Positions 12,799-24,500 of a DNA stretch of 64,000 nucleotides are shown here, one piece after another. The DNA lies in assembly GCA_001643675.2 (NCBI GenBank), contig LSRY02000033.1, forward strand, positions 1-64,000. Direction: 5' to 3'. A program made the position numbers and the translations under genes. Each line of letters starts with the position of its first letter. The stretch's first letter is position 1. Source of the DNA: Monocercomonoides exilis PA203 (lineage: Eukaryota > Protista > Preaxostyla). The notes below the pieces were generated by a model. The model was not told where the DNA came from. It was given only the letters and a program-made list of their open reading frames with translations, and made no database searches.

Positions 12799-13798
12799 AA
12801 ATATGACACACATATTTTGTGAATTAAAATTCTGAAGAAGCGTTTTGTTTATTGTGAGTTACATTTTTGTTGAGTTTCATAATATTTCAATATTCCAAAA
12901 ATTCAATTTGAATTTAAAGGAAATAAACAAGCATTGACTGCTTAGAGATTGGTGCTTGGATGTGTTTTCTATTCATTTATTTATTTGCATTATTTTATTT
13001 ATTTTTTTTAAGCATTTTTGATCAAATTAGGAATATTGCATTTTCTTCATTCACTTGTGACAGAGCATTTGAATGCTTCTTTTTGAAACTTGTTGTTTTT
13101 TTCGAATTACGTCGAACTCACAAGATTCAATTTGGATTCCTGATTCAACAATATAAAAATTAACTTTTTATAACAGTATATAAAAAACTGTTTAATATCA
13201 AAAATCTTATAAACTCTTTCATTGAAAAGAAAAGAAAATAAAGTTAAAGAAAGAGAATTTGATTCATTATCCATTTAAAATCCTTTATCCTAACGTGAAT
13301 AAAATTTAGAATTTTAAGTTATTTGTGCATTATTCTTTTTCAAAAAAAAAAAAAACAAGAGATTCTGTGAAAAAGAATTCATTCTTTGTCTGAGTTTTTT
13401 CCCCCCTTTTACAATGCTCAATTTGATTTTGAAAGATGTTTTTTGTTTCTTTAATTTTGTTCCACACAAAGTTTGAAAATACTTGCCAATTATCTTTTAT
13501 TTCTCTCAATTTTGATCGGTTGTTTTGGAAGAAATATTTACATAAAAGAAGACATAGTTGAAAACAATTGATTTATTTTTCCACATAAATTCTAGAATTT
13601 TACTACATTTAAATAGCATATAAAAAGAAAAATACCATAATTGATAGTTTTTATTTGGAAAATTTTCTTTTTTAGTTATTTTAGAAAAGTCAATAAATTT
13701 TTAGAAAATACTTATTCCGGTCTGTTTCATAGAAACTTAGAATTTTTGCATTTAAAATTTGTTCAGTTGTTACATTATCATTTTAGTGCTATTTTGCA

Positions 13799-16700
13799 AT
13801 GATTTCAGAAGCTCAAAGTAGCTCAAACCAGACTGTTATATGGGAAACTGACAACGAAAGAAGCGTTTCTCCTTTATCGCATTTTTTGTTTTCCAGGCCA
13901 CTTCCTCCTCGATCTTCATCATCGTCTTCTACAACAAGACTTGTTCCATCATTGTTTTCTTCTGTTTCTTCTTCTTTGCTTGAAACTCATTTATCTGGAT
14001 GGCCTGTTTCGCAGACAAATTTGAACCCAACGCAACATGCTTCTATTCAACCAACTCCATCAATGCATTCATCAGTTTTTTCACCACAAAGCACTTCTGC
14101 TTTAAATTCAGAAAAAACCTTGCAAAATTCTCAAGAAAACCTAGAAATGCGATCTTTATCACCTGAATTCACTCGTTCAATTACATCCAGTAAGCCTATT
14201 ACGCAATCAGTTCCGATGCGCCCAACAACTCCAATATTTTCACAATCATCAACAAGTACTGCTCAGCTTCCAGACATGCGAAAATGCGATACAACTCCAA
14301 TTGTTCGACAGGTCATTGTTACAACCTCGCCTCCAAATATTTCTTCGCCCAAAACACATTCAGTCACTCTATTCCCACCTTCTTCTCCACAATCAAATAG
14401 CACAAGCATCTCTCCAAATCGAGTGCAGATGACAACTTGCATTCAGGGACAAACATCTCCTTCACTTAGTCTTGCAACAGCCGAAGCGTTTAATTCTTAC
14501 GGACAGCAACATCAAAACAGACCGTCTTCTTTTTCATCTCTGCCGATAACTTCACCTTCCTCTCCTGTCATCACACTTCATCCTGGCCCTTCTCCTCTTT
14601 CTCATTCATTTGCTTCAAAACCTTCGAATAACCAAAATTCGTTTGCTCATTCACAATTGTCTCCCCCTCTTTCTTTCCCTATGACTCCGCCTCTGACACC
14701 TCCAACTTCTCCTTCATTGGCTACCGTTCCTTCGTGTCTTTCACTGCCTCTCCAACCTCCTCGCTTGCCTCTTTTCAGCTCTTCTTCTTCTTCTTCTTCA
14801 GCAGTTTCACCATCTTCTGTTTCAATTGCTGCAGCTGTTGCTCTGTCTGCATCGACATCTTCAGCATCTGCCTCTTCTTCTTCCTCTTCTTCCTCTTCCT
14901 CTTCTTCTTCCTCTTCATGTCAGCTTTCTCCAGTTCTTTCATCTGTTCATTCATCATCCGATAATTCTTCTCAGAATGAACAAACATCATCTCCAATCAC
15001 CTCATCATCATCTTCCTCCTTCTCTTCATCGTCATCATCATCATCATCATCTTCTTCTTCTTCAGAGTCATCTTTTTCTCAACACATCACCCTGCCTTCT
15101 CCTCTTTCCAATGGAATCATCCACACCTCTTCTAAGCCTGGCCACGCGCCTTCTTCTCCATTTTCTCCTCCTCTGCATGTGCTCTTCCCTCCTGTCGCAA
15201 CCGCTGGACGCACAAAAATACCTTCCTCAGCTTCTTCTTCTTCTTCCTCATCATCATCGTCTTCATCCTCCTCCTCTTCTTCTCCGTCTTCTCCTTCTGC
15301 ATCTTCTATGACATCTAACTATTCTTCATCTTCATCTGCTTCTTCTCCTCTTTCGCCTCCTTCTTCTTTGGCTTATTCTTCGCATCGCCCTTTTCCTCGT
15401 CTGCTTTCGCACAAACAGTTGAAACACAAAAGAGAAAATGCATTTTTGACCAAATTTGCAACATCTGCTGACTCTTCGCAATTGAAATTGCAGCAATTTC
15501 CTTCTCTTTCTCCAGCAATGCAATCTTCTTCCTCTTCCTCTTCCTCTTCCTCTCCTTCCTCAACTTCTTCATCCTCCTCTTCATTAATCGCAAATGGAGA
15601 ACAAGAAATTTCCTCTTCAAAACAATTGCTGTCAGAACAAAGTGGAACAAGCGAAGATCCAAGTACATCAAAAACTTCTTCATCAACATCATCATCTTCT
15701 TCTTCCTCTTCTTCATCCGCTCGACAAGTGAATCCTTCTGATGCTGCACCGATTTTGCTGTCTTTTGCTCGCTTTCTTTCTTATCTGCCTTCGTTTTTGC
15801 CTCATTCTGTGTGCACGATGATTGCAAACGCAGCAGCCAATTCGAGCAAATTGATACAAAGCAATCAAAACACCTCTCCTTCTGCTTCTCCTTCTGCTTC
15901 TTCAGTATCATCTTCATCATCATCATCATCTTCTTCTTCTTCTCTTTCTCCTTCTTCTTCCTCCTCTCCCTCCCTCTCTCTCCCCTCCCACGTGACTGTA
16001 CAGATCTTCCCAATGAACCAGTCGATGCGTCGTGTCGTGGCAGCGCTGGGCAAATCAGGCAGAGGGAAGATAACTCTGCCTTCGACATGTTCTGTGGCTG
16101 TTGTGGCTGGGCTGGTGATGAAGAAGTGGAATGTGCCCGACACTATACGCATCAGACTGTCGCCGGTGGTGAGGGAGGAGATGGAGGAAGAAGGGAATAA
16201 TAATAATAATAATAATAGTAATAGTAATAGTAATAGTAACATTAATAATAATATCAATAATATCAATAACAATAGTAATATCAATGGCAAGAGGGAAGGA
16301 AATGAAGGGAAAGGAAGTATGGAGAAGAAAATGAATGCCAGCAATGTTAAGTCAGAAGAAGAAAGTGACGATAGAAACATGAAGGGAACAGCAGACACAA
16401 ATGATGAGGAAACAGAGCTTCCTCTTCCTTCTGCTTCAATTTCCCCTCTTTTATCTTCTTCTTTCTCATTCGGCGCTCAAAATGGAGAAGAAATGAATAC
16501 AACTGCAGATGTGAATGGAGCAGAAGAGGATGAGAAAGAAAGAGAAATGAAGAATGCTCAAAGCGAATCCTTTGTGAAGACAGAGAAAGAAGACGATCTT
16601 CTTCAGATGGCACTCAAATCTTCAATATTATCTATGACATCATCATCATCATCATCATCATCATCTTCTTCTTCTTCTTCTTCTTCAATTTCATCAATAA

Positions 16701-19700
16701 TTTCTTCAACAAAAACAGCAGAAGATGAAAAGGAGGCAACAGAACCAGAAAGAGATGCTGCAGCTGCAGTGTCTTCAACATCATTTTTAACAACTTCAAT
16801 TTCAACTTCTTCCGCTTCTCCTCTTCCTCCTCTTTCTTCTTCTTCTCCCAATTTTTCATTATCTTCTTCCACTACAAATACTTCATCATCATCATCTTCC
16901 TCTTCCTCTACCTCTTCCTCTTCCTCTTCCTCTTCCTCTTCCTCTTCCTCTTCCTCTTCCTCTTCCTCTTCCTCTTCCTCTTCCTCTTCTTCTGCATCAT
17001 CAAAAATAGAACCATCTCCCTCTCCTTCTCCCTTCCCGTCTCCTTCTCCTTCTCCTTCTCCATCACCTTCTTCTTCATCTTCCTCTTCTTCTTCTTCTTC
17101 CTCTTCTCTCTTTCAGAATCAGAATCATGTGTTGCATATAATCTCTCCTCTTTCATATGGCATTGATGACACAGACGTATTAATGTCTTCGCTGTTTCTC
17201 TCTCTTTGCTCTCCAAACACAGCTGAATTCACTTCACAGGATTTATCATCTTCTCTTGCATCATCATCATCATCTTCTTCTTCTTCTTCCTCCTCTTCTT
17301 CCTCCTCTTCTTCATCAACACCTCATCCTTCCTTTCCTGTTCTCGACATGGCATATTTCTTTCTTCCTTCAGACTCTCTTTCTGATCCTGATCCTATCTC
17401 TTCCCTTCTTTTATCCACTTCATCGTCACCATCTTCATCATCTTCCTCTTCTTCCTCCTCTTCTTCTTCTTCCTCTTCTTCCTCTTCTTCCTCTTCTTCT
17501 CTTTCTTCTGCACATCAACAGCTTCCCATTTCATCAAGTGCACTGACACTCACACAAAGCGCATCAACTGCATTCTCTCCCTACAGAAGCCATGAACAAA
17601 ACACTTCAAATGCTTCTTCTTCTTCTTCTTCTTTCTCCTCTTCCTCTTCTTCTTCTTCTGTTATTATGTCTCCTCATCAATCACTTCAGCGCTCACTCAC
17701 ATCGCCTGCCTCTTCTCCTTTCCCTCTTCCCTCTTCCCTCACGTCACCTGACTCATCCTATTCTCTTTCTTCTTCTCTTCTCACTTCTCCCCTCAGAAAG
17801 AAGAAGAAAGTGAGAAGATATTTCGACTCACCTGTCTCTAATTATGCTTCATACAGCAATCCTCCTTCATCCACACCTTCTTCTCCTTCTGCGTTCTCCT
17901 CTTCTTTCCACACGCCACTCGGATCTACTTCTCCTTCTCTGATTGCTGCTCCAAGCCCTTCTTATTCGTCTTCATCAGGTTCATCATCATCATCATCTTC
18001 GTCTTTTACTTCCTCTGCCATTTCATCACCACGTCAGCATCCTTCACGAAGTCATTCATCGTTCCCTTCATTCACTTCTCCTTCTTCCTCTCCACGTTGC
18101 AACACTCCCTTATCTTCTTCTTCTTCTTCTTCTACTTCTTCTTCTTCCTCATTCTCCTCTTCCTCTTCTTCCTTCCGCCCTTCCTCTTCTCCTCAGTCTC
18201 CTTCATGGACACCCATCCTCCCACGCACACAGCAGACTGTTCTTTCTCCTCTTCCTGTTGACACAGCAGCAGACGATCCTTCTTCCTCTCTCATCACTTC
18301 CATCCTCAGCAGCCTCCCTCCTGAAGGCGAGGGAAATGCAGACACTCAAAGAAATACTGCGAATGCTTCTACTAATGCTTCTAATGCTTCTAATACTACT
18401 AATGCTTCTGTTGTTACTTCTCCAAAATCTTCTCTGCCTTCTTCACTTTCTGCTTCATCGACATCGCTATTAGCATCATCTTCTGCTTCTTTCTCTTCTT
18501 CTTCTTCTTCTTCTTCTTTCAATTCTTCTTCTCTACTGCCAGCATTTCAGACTAAACAAAGCAATCAATTTGAAATATCAAAAAGAGCTGAAAACGAGGC
18601 TTTGAAAGGAAGAAAGAGGAAAAGAGAGAGAGAGAAAACAAGAGGAAGAGGCAGAGGCAGAGGAAGAATGAGAGGAAGAGGAAGAGGAAGGGATGAATTT
18701 CTATTGGAAGATGTTTCTTTTCTGTTGGAAAAAGATGAAAAAGAGATGGAAGAAAGAAGTGAAATGAGCGAGATGAATGAAAAGCGAAGGAAGAGGAAGA
18801 GGAGAAGCCGAAGTGTTTGGAGTGAGAACGAGACAGAAAGTGACAGCCAGTCAAACAGAACATTCGAAGAGGAAAGCAACTTTGATGGATACGACAGAAG
18901 CGAAGACAGCTTGTTTGAAGAGAAGATCGAAGAGTTTGTGAGGAAGAAGATGTCGTTTGGGCTTGATGCTGTTGTGGAAGAGATCAAAGAAGGAATAAAA
19001 GAAGGGATAAAAGAAGGAGAGAAAGAAGGAGAGAAAGAAGAAGGCAAAGGGAAGCAGAAAAGAAGAGGTAGAAGAAGAGGAAGTGGAGTGTGGGGAAGGA
19101 GTTCAGGAAGGATGAGTGACAGCGATGGAATAGACAGCTTGTCATCAACACAGCCGATTCCGTTGAGTATCGTTGAGGCAACTTTGGATGAGGAGATGAA
19201 GGAGAAGGAAGGAAGGAAGAATGCTGCTGGAATGTTGGGGTTGGATGAAGAAATAGAAAGAGAGATGGGAATTGAAAGAAGTGACACTGCTGTTGAGGGT
19301 GCTGAGGCAAATGATGAGAACGTTGCGAAAGGAAAAGAGGAAATGGAAGATGATGGTGAAGAAGAGGAAGATGACGATGATATGGACTTGTTGGACATTC
19401 TGAGGATGAGCAGTGAAGAAAACGAAGAAGAAGAATTTGAAGAAGAAGTTGATATAACAAGAAAGAAAAGATTAATTGAAGACACAACAGTAACGCCAAA
19501 AAGAGGGAAAAAGAGAGGCGGCAGGCGGGCGAAAAGCCGACAAAGCAAAAACAAAGCAAAAACAGGAAAATCAAAACTTGAGACGAAGAATACGTCGAAT
19601 GCCCTTTCGAGTGATAAATCTGTTGTTCAATCAGCAAATGACAGCACATCCAGAACATTCCACGCAACGCTCGCATCGTTTGGAAAGAACGACATTTCCA

Positions 19701-20992
19701 CCAACATTCAATCAACTTTGCCATCTTCTGTGCATTCTGCCTCAATTGATGAAGAGCCCTGTGACTTGTCTGAAGTCAACCGCTCTTTGGCTGCCTCTTC
19801 TTTCAACAGCCGAAGCCTGTCGAATTATTCAGATGCTGACAGAAAGGAAAAGATGGAGGATTCTTTAGACTTGTTCACATCTTCATTGCCATATCGTTCT
19901 TTAGACAGCGGATCATCTTTCAGAGGCACTCAACTTATCTCAGGACTCAAAGAAGACAATTCTTCTTTATTAACACAGCTGTCTTCATCTAATTCCTTAT
20001 CAACATCACCATCTTCTTCTTCTTCTTCTTCTTCTTCTTCTTCAACCTCCTCCTCTTCTGCATCTGCACATGCTTCTCATTGCCCCATCCGCATTGAAAC
20101 TTCCTCATCCCGTTCAGTTGTCACAGCATCCTCGTTTTTTGAGCCAAAATCGATTCAGATGAATTTCGACCAGTCTTCTTATTCGCATCGCGTTCCTCTT
20201 CCTCTTTCACCTTTCTCGCATTCCAAACAGAATTCAGATGTTTCTCTCCTTTCACCACTGGAAGCTCGAATAGCACACGAAGTGCAAAGTGTCAAGAACC
20301 CCGTCTCTCCAATGACACCGCTGTGTCCTCTTCCTCTTTCTCCTTCTTCCCCTCTTCTGCCTCTCACTTCCTTTGCTTCATCTGCATCATCACTTGACTC
20401 TCAATCTTCTTCGCTTTCTTTTGATGCACTTCGAATGAACTCTTCAAAAGCTGAATTGTCTTCTCCATCATCTCCATTTGTTTCATCCAACAAGTCTTCA
20501 TCAAGTCTGCAATCGCAGCTAACTCCTTCTCTTTCTTCATCAACTTCATCTTCATCTTCTGTTGCTTCTCTTTCGAAGCTGAACAGCCCATCCACAAATT
20601 CATCTAATTCAAACAGCCATCTGATGCTTCGCTTCAAAAGACCTGTTTTGGCGACAAGTTCTTTGTCTCCTGCGAAATCTGACCAGCCAGCAAACAAGCC
20701 GACAACAAATACATTTTCTCTTCCAACTCCTATTCAGAGCCAGTCAGCTGCCATCAAAGCAGCCCATACGATGTCTTCACAGAGTTTGATCCATCCTTCG
20801 CATTTGTTGTCTCCGCTACTTCCTCAGCCAGCCATTGCAAGTATAACTTCTCCTCTTATCAACAAGCCTTTTTCTCCGCTTGCTCCTCTTTCTCCAAAGG
20901 CCAAAATAGCAACAATGTCACCTGCTCCTTCACCGCCAATGCCAAATCTCTTCACTCCAAACACTTATTGCGTGTCAAGTAATAACAAATGA
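13799..20992 (+). CDS. 2397-aa intronless Ser-rich protein with a putative TKI1/Cramped-like domain and basic NLS-like tracts
   Basis: Uninterrupted 7.2-kb ORF with AT-rich flanks. The segment VTVQIFPMNQSMRRVVAALGKSGRGKITLPSTCSVAVVAGLVMKKWN resembles the LQLFP..TRR.L......LTL......SV...L..KW pattern. The CDS itself is high confidence; the domain call is moderate. Confidence 0.8.
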   Translation: MISEAQSSSNQTVIWETDNERSVSPLSHFLFSRPLPPRSSSSSSTTRLVPSLFSSVSSSLLETHLSGWPVSQTNLNPTQHASIQPTPSMHSSVFSPQSTSALNSEKTLQNSQENLEMRSLSPEFTRSITSSKPITQSVPMRPTTPIFSQSSTSTAQLPDMRKCDTTPIVRQVIVTTSPPNISSPKTHSVTLFPPSSPQSNSTSISPNRVQMTTCIQGQTSPSLSLATAEAFNSYGQQHQNRPSSFSSLPITSPSSPVITLHPGPSPLSHSFASKPSNNQNSFAHSQLSPPLSFPMTPPLTPPTSPSLATVPSCLSLPLQPPRLPLFSSSSSSSSAVSPSSVSIAAAVALSASTSSASASSSSSSSSSSSSSSSCQLSPVLSSVHSSSDNSSQNEQTSSPITSSSSSSFSSSSSSSSSSSSSSESSFSQHITLPSPLSNGIIHTSSKPGHAPSSPFSPPLHVLFPPVATAGRTKIPSSASSSSSSSSSSSSSSSSSPSSPSASSMTSNYSSSSSASSPLSPPSSLAYSSHRPFPRLLSHKQLKHKRENAFLTKFATSADSSQLKLQQFPSLSPAMQSSSSSSSSSSPSSTSSSSSSLIANGEQEISSSKQLLSEQSGTSEDPSTSKTSSSTSSSSSSSSSSARQVNPSDAAPILLSFARFLSYLPSFLPHSVCTMIANAAANSSKLIQSNQNTSPSASPSASSVSSSSSSSSSSSSLSPSSSSSPSLSLPSHVTVQIFPMNQSMRRVVAALGKSGRGKITLPSTCSVAVVAGLVMKKWNVPDTIRIRLSPVVREEMEEEGNNNNNNNSNSNSNSNINNNINNINNNSNINGKREGNEGKGSMEKKMNASNVKSEEESDDRNMKGTADTNDEETELPLPSASISPLLSSSFSFGAQNGEEMNTTADVNGAEEDEKEREMKNAQSESFVKTEKEDDLLQMALKSSILSMTSSSSSSSSSSSSSSSSISSIISSTKTAEDEKEATEPERDAAAAVSSTSFLTTSISTSSASPLPPLSSSSPNFSLSSSTTNTSSSSSSSSSTSSSSSSSSSSSSSSSSSSSSSSSSSSSASSKIEPSPSPSPFPSPSPSPSPSPSSSSSSSSSSSSSLFQNQNHVLHIISPLSYGIDDTDVLMSSLFLSLCSPNTAEFTSQDLSSSLASSSSSSSSSSSSSSSSSSSTPHPSFPVLDMAYFFLPSDSLSDPDPISSLLLSTSSSPSSSSSSSSSSSSSSSSSSSSSSSLSSAHQQLPISSSALTLTQSASTAFSPYRSHEQNTSNASSSSSSFSSSSSSSSVIMSPHQSLQRSLTSPASSPFPLPSSLTSPDSSYSLSSSLLTSPLRKKKKVRRYFDSPVSNYASYSNPPSSTPSSPSAFSSSFHTPLGSTSPSLIAAPSPSYSSSSGSSSSSSSSFTSSAISSPRQHPSRSHSSFPSFTSPSSSPRCNTPLSSSSSSSTSSSSSFSSSSSSFRPSSSPQSPSWTPILPRTQQTVLSPLPVDTAADDPSSSLITSILSSLPPEGEGNADTQRNTANASTNASNASNTTNASVVTSPKSSLPSSLSASSTSLLASSSASFSSSSSSSSFNSSSLLPAFQTKQSNQFEISKRAENEALKGRKRKREREKTRGRGRGRGRMRGRGRGRDEFLLEDVSFLLEKDEKEMEERSEMSEMNEKRRKRKRRSRSVWSENETESDSQSNRTFEEESNFDGYDRSEDSLFEEKIEEFVRKKMSFGLDAVVEEIKEGIKEGIKEGEKEGEKEEGKGKQKRRGRRRGSGVWGRSSGRMSDSDGIDSLSSTQPIPLSIVEATLDEEMKEKEGRKNAAGMLGLDEEIEREMGIERSDTAVEGAEANDENVAKGKEEMEDDGEEEEDDDDMDLLDILRMSSEENEEEEFEEEVDITRKKRLIEDTTVTPKRGKKRGGRRAKSRQSKNKAKTGKSKLETKNTSNALSSDKSVVQSANDSTSRTFHATLASFGKNDISTNIQSTLPSSVHSASIDEEPCDLSEVNRSLAASSFNSRSLSNYSDADRKEKMEDSLDLFTSSLPYRSLDSGSSFRGTQLISGLKEDNSSLLTQLSSSNSLSTSPSSSSSSSSSSSTSSSSASAHASHCPIRIETSSSRSVVTASSFFEPKSIQMNFDQSSYSHRVPLPLSPFSHSKQNSDVSLLSPLEARIAHEVQSVKNPVSPMTPLCPLPLSPSSPLLPLTSFASSASSLDSQSSSLSFDALRMNSSKAELSSPSSPFVSSNKSSSSLQSQLTPSLSSSTSSSSSVASLSKLNSPSTNSSNSNSHLMLRFKRPVLATSSLSPAKSDQPANKPTTNTFSLPTPIQSQSAAIKAAHTMSSQSLIHPSHLLSPLLPQPAIASITSPLINKPFSPLAPLSPKAKIATMSPAPSPPMPNLFTPNTYCVSSNNK

Positions 20993-21550
20993 ATATTCAT
21001 TGATATAATTAGTGTGTTACTCCCTTTAAATGAAAGAAACAATAGAAATTGAATTTTATTTTGTCTGTTCATTTAACAATTGTTATTTTGAAATTGTTAG
21101 TTTTGTTAATTTATTTCATCGAAATTAAAGATAATTCTTTGAAAACAACTTTCTTAAATAATTGCCATTATCATCCATATTTTTCGGTATTAACTACAAT
21201 TTAAAATTTAGTTGTGGAAACAAGTTTTGATTTCATTTGTAGAAAATATCTCCTCTTCCTTTTGTGCATCTTTTAAGAATTCGTTTCAATTTAACCTTTT
21301 TTGCGTGCTTTAATAAAAGTTTGCAATTGAAAGCGTTTTTCTTTTCTTTTTTGATTCTTTTCGACAGAATACTTCATCAAGCACTCGAAAAGAGGAGAGA
21401 CTAATTTGAAGTTGTTTGTTGGCTAACTCATATTCACAAAAGATAAATAACAAAAAATTGTGCTCTTTAAGATAACGAAAATTTTTAACAACAAAATTTC
21501 ACAAAAATTAATAACATCATATAAAAAACACATAAATCATCTACATATAT

Positions 21551-24500
21551 TCATTCTATCAATATAACACGCATTCCTGATGCAAGCAATACACCAGAAG
21601 AGAATGGGGCAGCGCTGATGGTGTCGCTGATGGGGGCATACAAAGGCATCTGCAGTTCATCAGCAGCAGGGTCAGCATCACACAAAGACTGAGTTGTGCT
21701 GAGTGGAGAGTCAACAGGTGTTGATGAATGAGAAGACGAACGAGACTCATTCAAAGACTGGCCATAAAATGCAGTTGGAAGCGACAGATCAACTTGATCA
21801 ATCAAAGAATCTCTTTGCTTTCCAAATGGCATCTCCTCATCTTCGTTGCCTTCTTCTTTTCTGTTCTCACCTTCCTCATTCTTTCCCTTTTGTTGCGTAT
21901 CAACAAAAGAAGCTCCTCTTTTCAGCATAAAGATCTTCATTCGTTCTTTCTCTTCGCTCTTCTCCTTTCTGATTTTCTGTGCAAACATCTCTCTTTCAGC
22001 TGCATCAGCCGAATTCCACATTCTTTTCCCCTTTTCAGCAGACCACAGCGAAACGGTTCCATCAGCAGAGCCTGAACACACAAGTGGAGTGGGCCAAGAT
22101 GTCTGTGTTGTGAAGAGAGAGAGAGAAGTGACCATGGCTGAGTGTGTGTTGGAGATGAAGGAGTGCATCGGAACAAAAGTGAGAGAGGGAGAAAGCTGAG
22201 GATTCAGCAGCAGATAAGAAAGGACTGAAGAAAAAGACAAGGGAATTGAAAGTGACATTCCAGAGGAATTGACTGGTGATCCAAAGCTGTTCAAAGAAGA
22301 AGACGCATTCGAAGATAAAGTTGGAAGAAGAGCAGAATAAGAAAGTGGATACGAAGCAAAAGAAGTGTAGCTTGCAAACGAACTCACAGTTGGACTAAAT
22401 GCTTCTTGCTCTTCATCTCCTTCTTCATCATCTACACCACATCTTTCGTCGTCCCCCTTCTTTTTAATGTTTTCGGTCATTCTTGGTGACGATCTTGCTT
22501 CTGTTTGGCGAGGTGACTGCGGAAAGACAGGAGTTGAAGCCTGAGGAAAGAATTCTCTTTCCTTCACATTCTCTTCTCCTCCTTCCTTTTCATCCATTTT
22601 CTTGGCAGAAAGTTCATCTGGCTGAGCTTCGGCTATTTCAACCGTTTCAGCTTCCACATACTGATCTTTATTTTCCACTGCTTCTTTATTTTTATCTTCT
22701 TCTTCTTCTTCTTCTTCCTCGTCTTCAATCTGATGCTCATCCTTCGACGACATCCAGTCAGCTCTTCTGACAACTCTTTTGTCTCCCACTCCTCCCACAA
22801 TCTTCGAATATGACACATCCACAAGAGGTGTACTCTTCGATATGCGCTCTTCTTCCTCTTCCTGTTCTCTCTCTCTTCTCAGCTCCTCTTCATCTGCTTC
22901 CTCATCATTATCAACATGCATCTCTTTCCCATACATCTCATTCATGTCTCCTCTTCCATCTCTTCTCTCCTTCATGTAGCTTTCTGATGTTCCCATCGAT
23001 TTCATTTGCACATCTCTCTTCATATTCCTCTTTCTCATCTCCATCTTCTTTTTCCTTTCTTCTTTTTCCTTCTTCTCCTCTTCTCCTTCAATGTGCTCTT
23101 CTTCTCCGTTGAGCCTTGCCAGCAACCTTCCTTCGTTCCTCATCTCTTCTCTTCTCCTCGCCCTCTCTCTCTTCTCTGCCTCACCCACAAGAACAGCTGC
23201 TGAGGTGAGGCTGAGCAAATGGCTGGTTGATGAAGAAGAGGAAGCAGACGAGGAAGAAGGAGAAGGTGGACGAGTGGCAGCAAATGAAGTATAAGACGAT
23301 GTGACTGTCACCTCCTCAGCATCCAATGCAGGGAGAATGTGGATTCTTTCACGTGGAGCAGATGAAGTTGCTGAAGTGTCTGAAGTGAGTGAAGATGAAG
23401 GTGAGTATGTTGAAGTGGTTTGTGGAAGAGTATTGTGAAGTGCTTGTGAAGTGGATGGGATGGGAGAGCGTGATCGAATGGAAGGAATGGCTGTGGATGA
23501 GCCATCAGCAGATGTGGGTGAATGAATTGTTGGAAGGCTGACAGAAAGAGGAGCATTAGCTGATGATGTGGTTGATGATGATGATGACGATGATGTTGTT
23601 GATGAAGAGACAAGAGGAGGAAGCGTTCTCTGATCTGATTTCTCGCTCTCCAACTCGCTCGATCGATGGAGAAGATATTGCTTCATCCAATAAGAGGATG
23701 AAAGCTGATCTTCATCACGTTCTGTGCTTGCTCTCTTCTCATTGTTTTCTTTCTTTTCACTCTTCGTTTTCGTTTTTCCTTTCATTTTTTTCTTTTGATC
23801 AAGTCGAACAGGTGCCTTTGTTGAACCCAAAGCGCTCTTCGATCTGAAATCTCTGCTTCGACTTCTTTGTGTTGATTTTGCATTTATTTTATCTTCTTCC
23901 TTTACAATTTCATCTTCTTCATCAGATCCTTCCTCTTCTCCTCCTCCTTCGACAATCTCATTCTTTCCAGTTTTATTAGACTCTTTCTTCTTCTTTTTCA
24001 TTTTCTTTCCTTTTTCCCTTTCGGCCATAAACAATGCAATCTTCTTTCTCTTCTCTTCTTCAGCTGCCATTTTCGCCTCTCTCTTCTTTGCTTCCTGCAG
24101 CTTCTTTGTCAGCTCTTCTCTTCTCATCTTCTTCTTCCTCTCATCTTGCTCTTGTTTCGTCTCGCTGTTCAGCAGAGACAGCAGCTGACTCTCAAACGAA
24201 GACGAAGAAGAAGCGAATGAAGATCCCATGCTGTTTGAAGATTGGCGTGTTGGAGAAGAAAAACTTTGTGCATTTGAAGAAGCAACAGTTGTGAGTGAAC
24301 GAGGTGAAATGAATGATTGTGCTGAAGTGTTTGTCTTTTGGCTGTCTCCTTCTTTTGCTCTATCATCTTTCGAGTTTTGCTTCTGCTTCATGTTTTCTTC
24401 ATCGCCTTCCATTTCGTCTCCTTCTTTTGCTGTTGATCGATTAGAATTGGCCAATGAATATCTCCTCGACGATATGAAAGGTGGCCTCTTCTTCAGAAGC

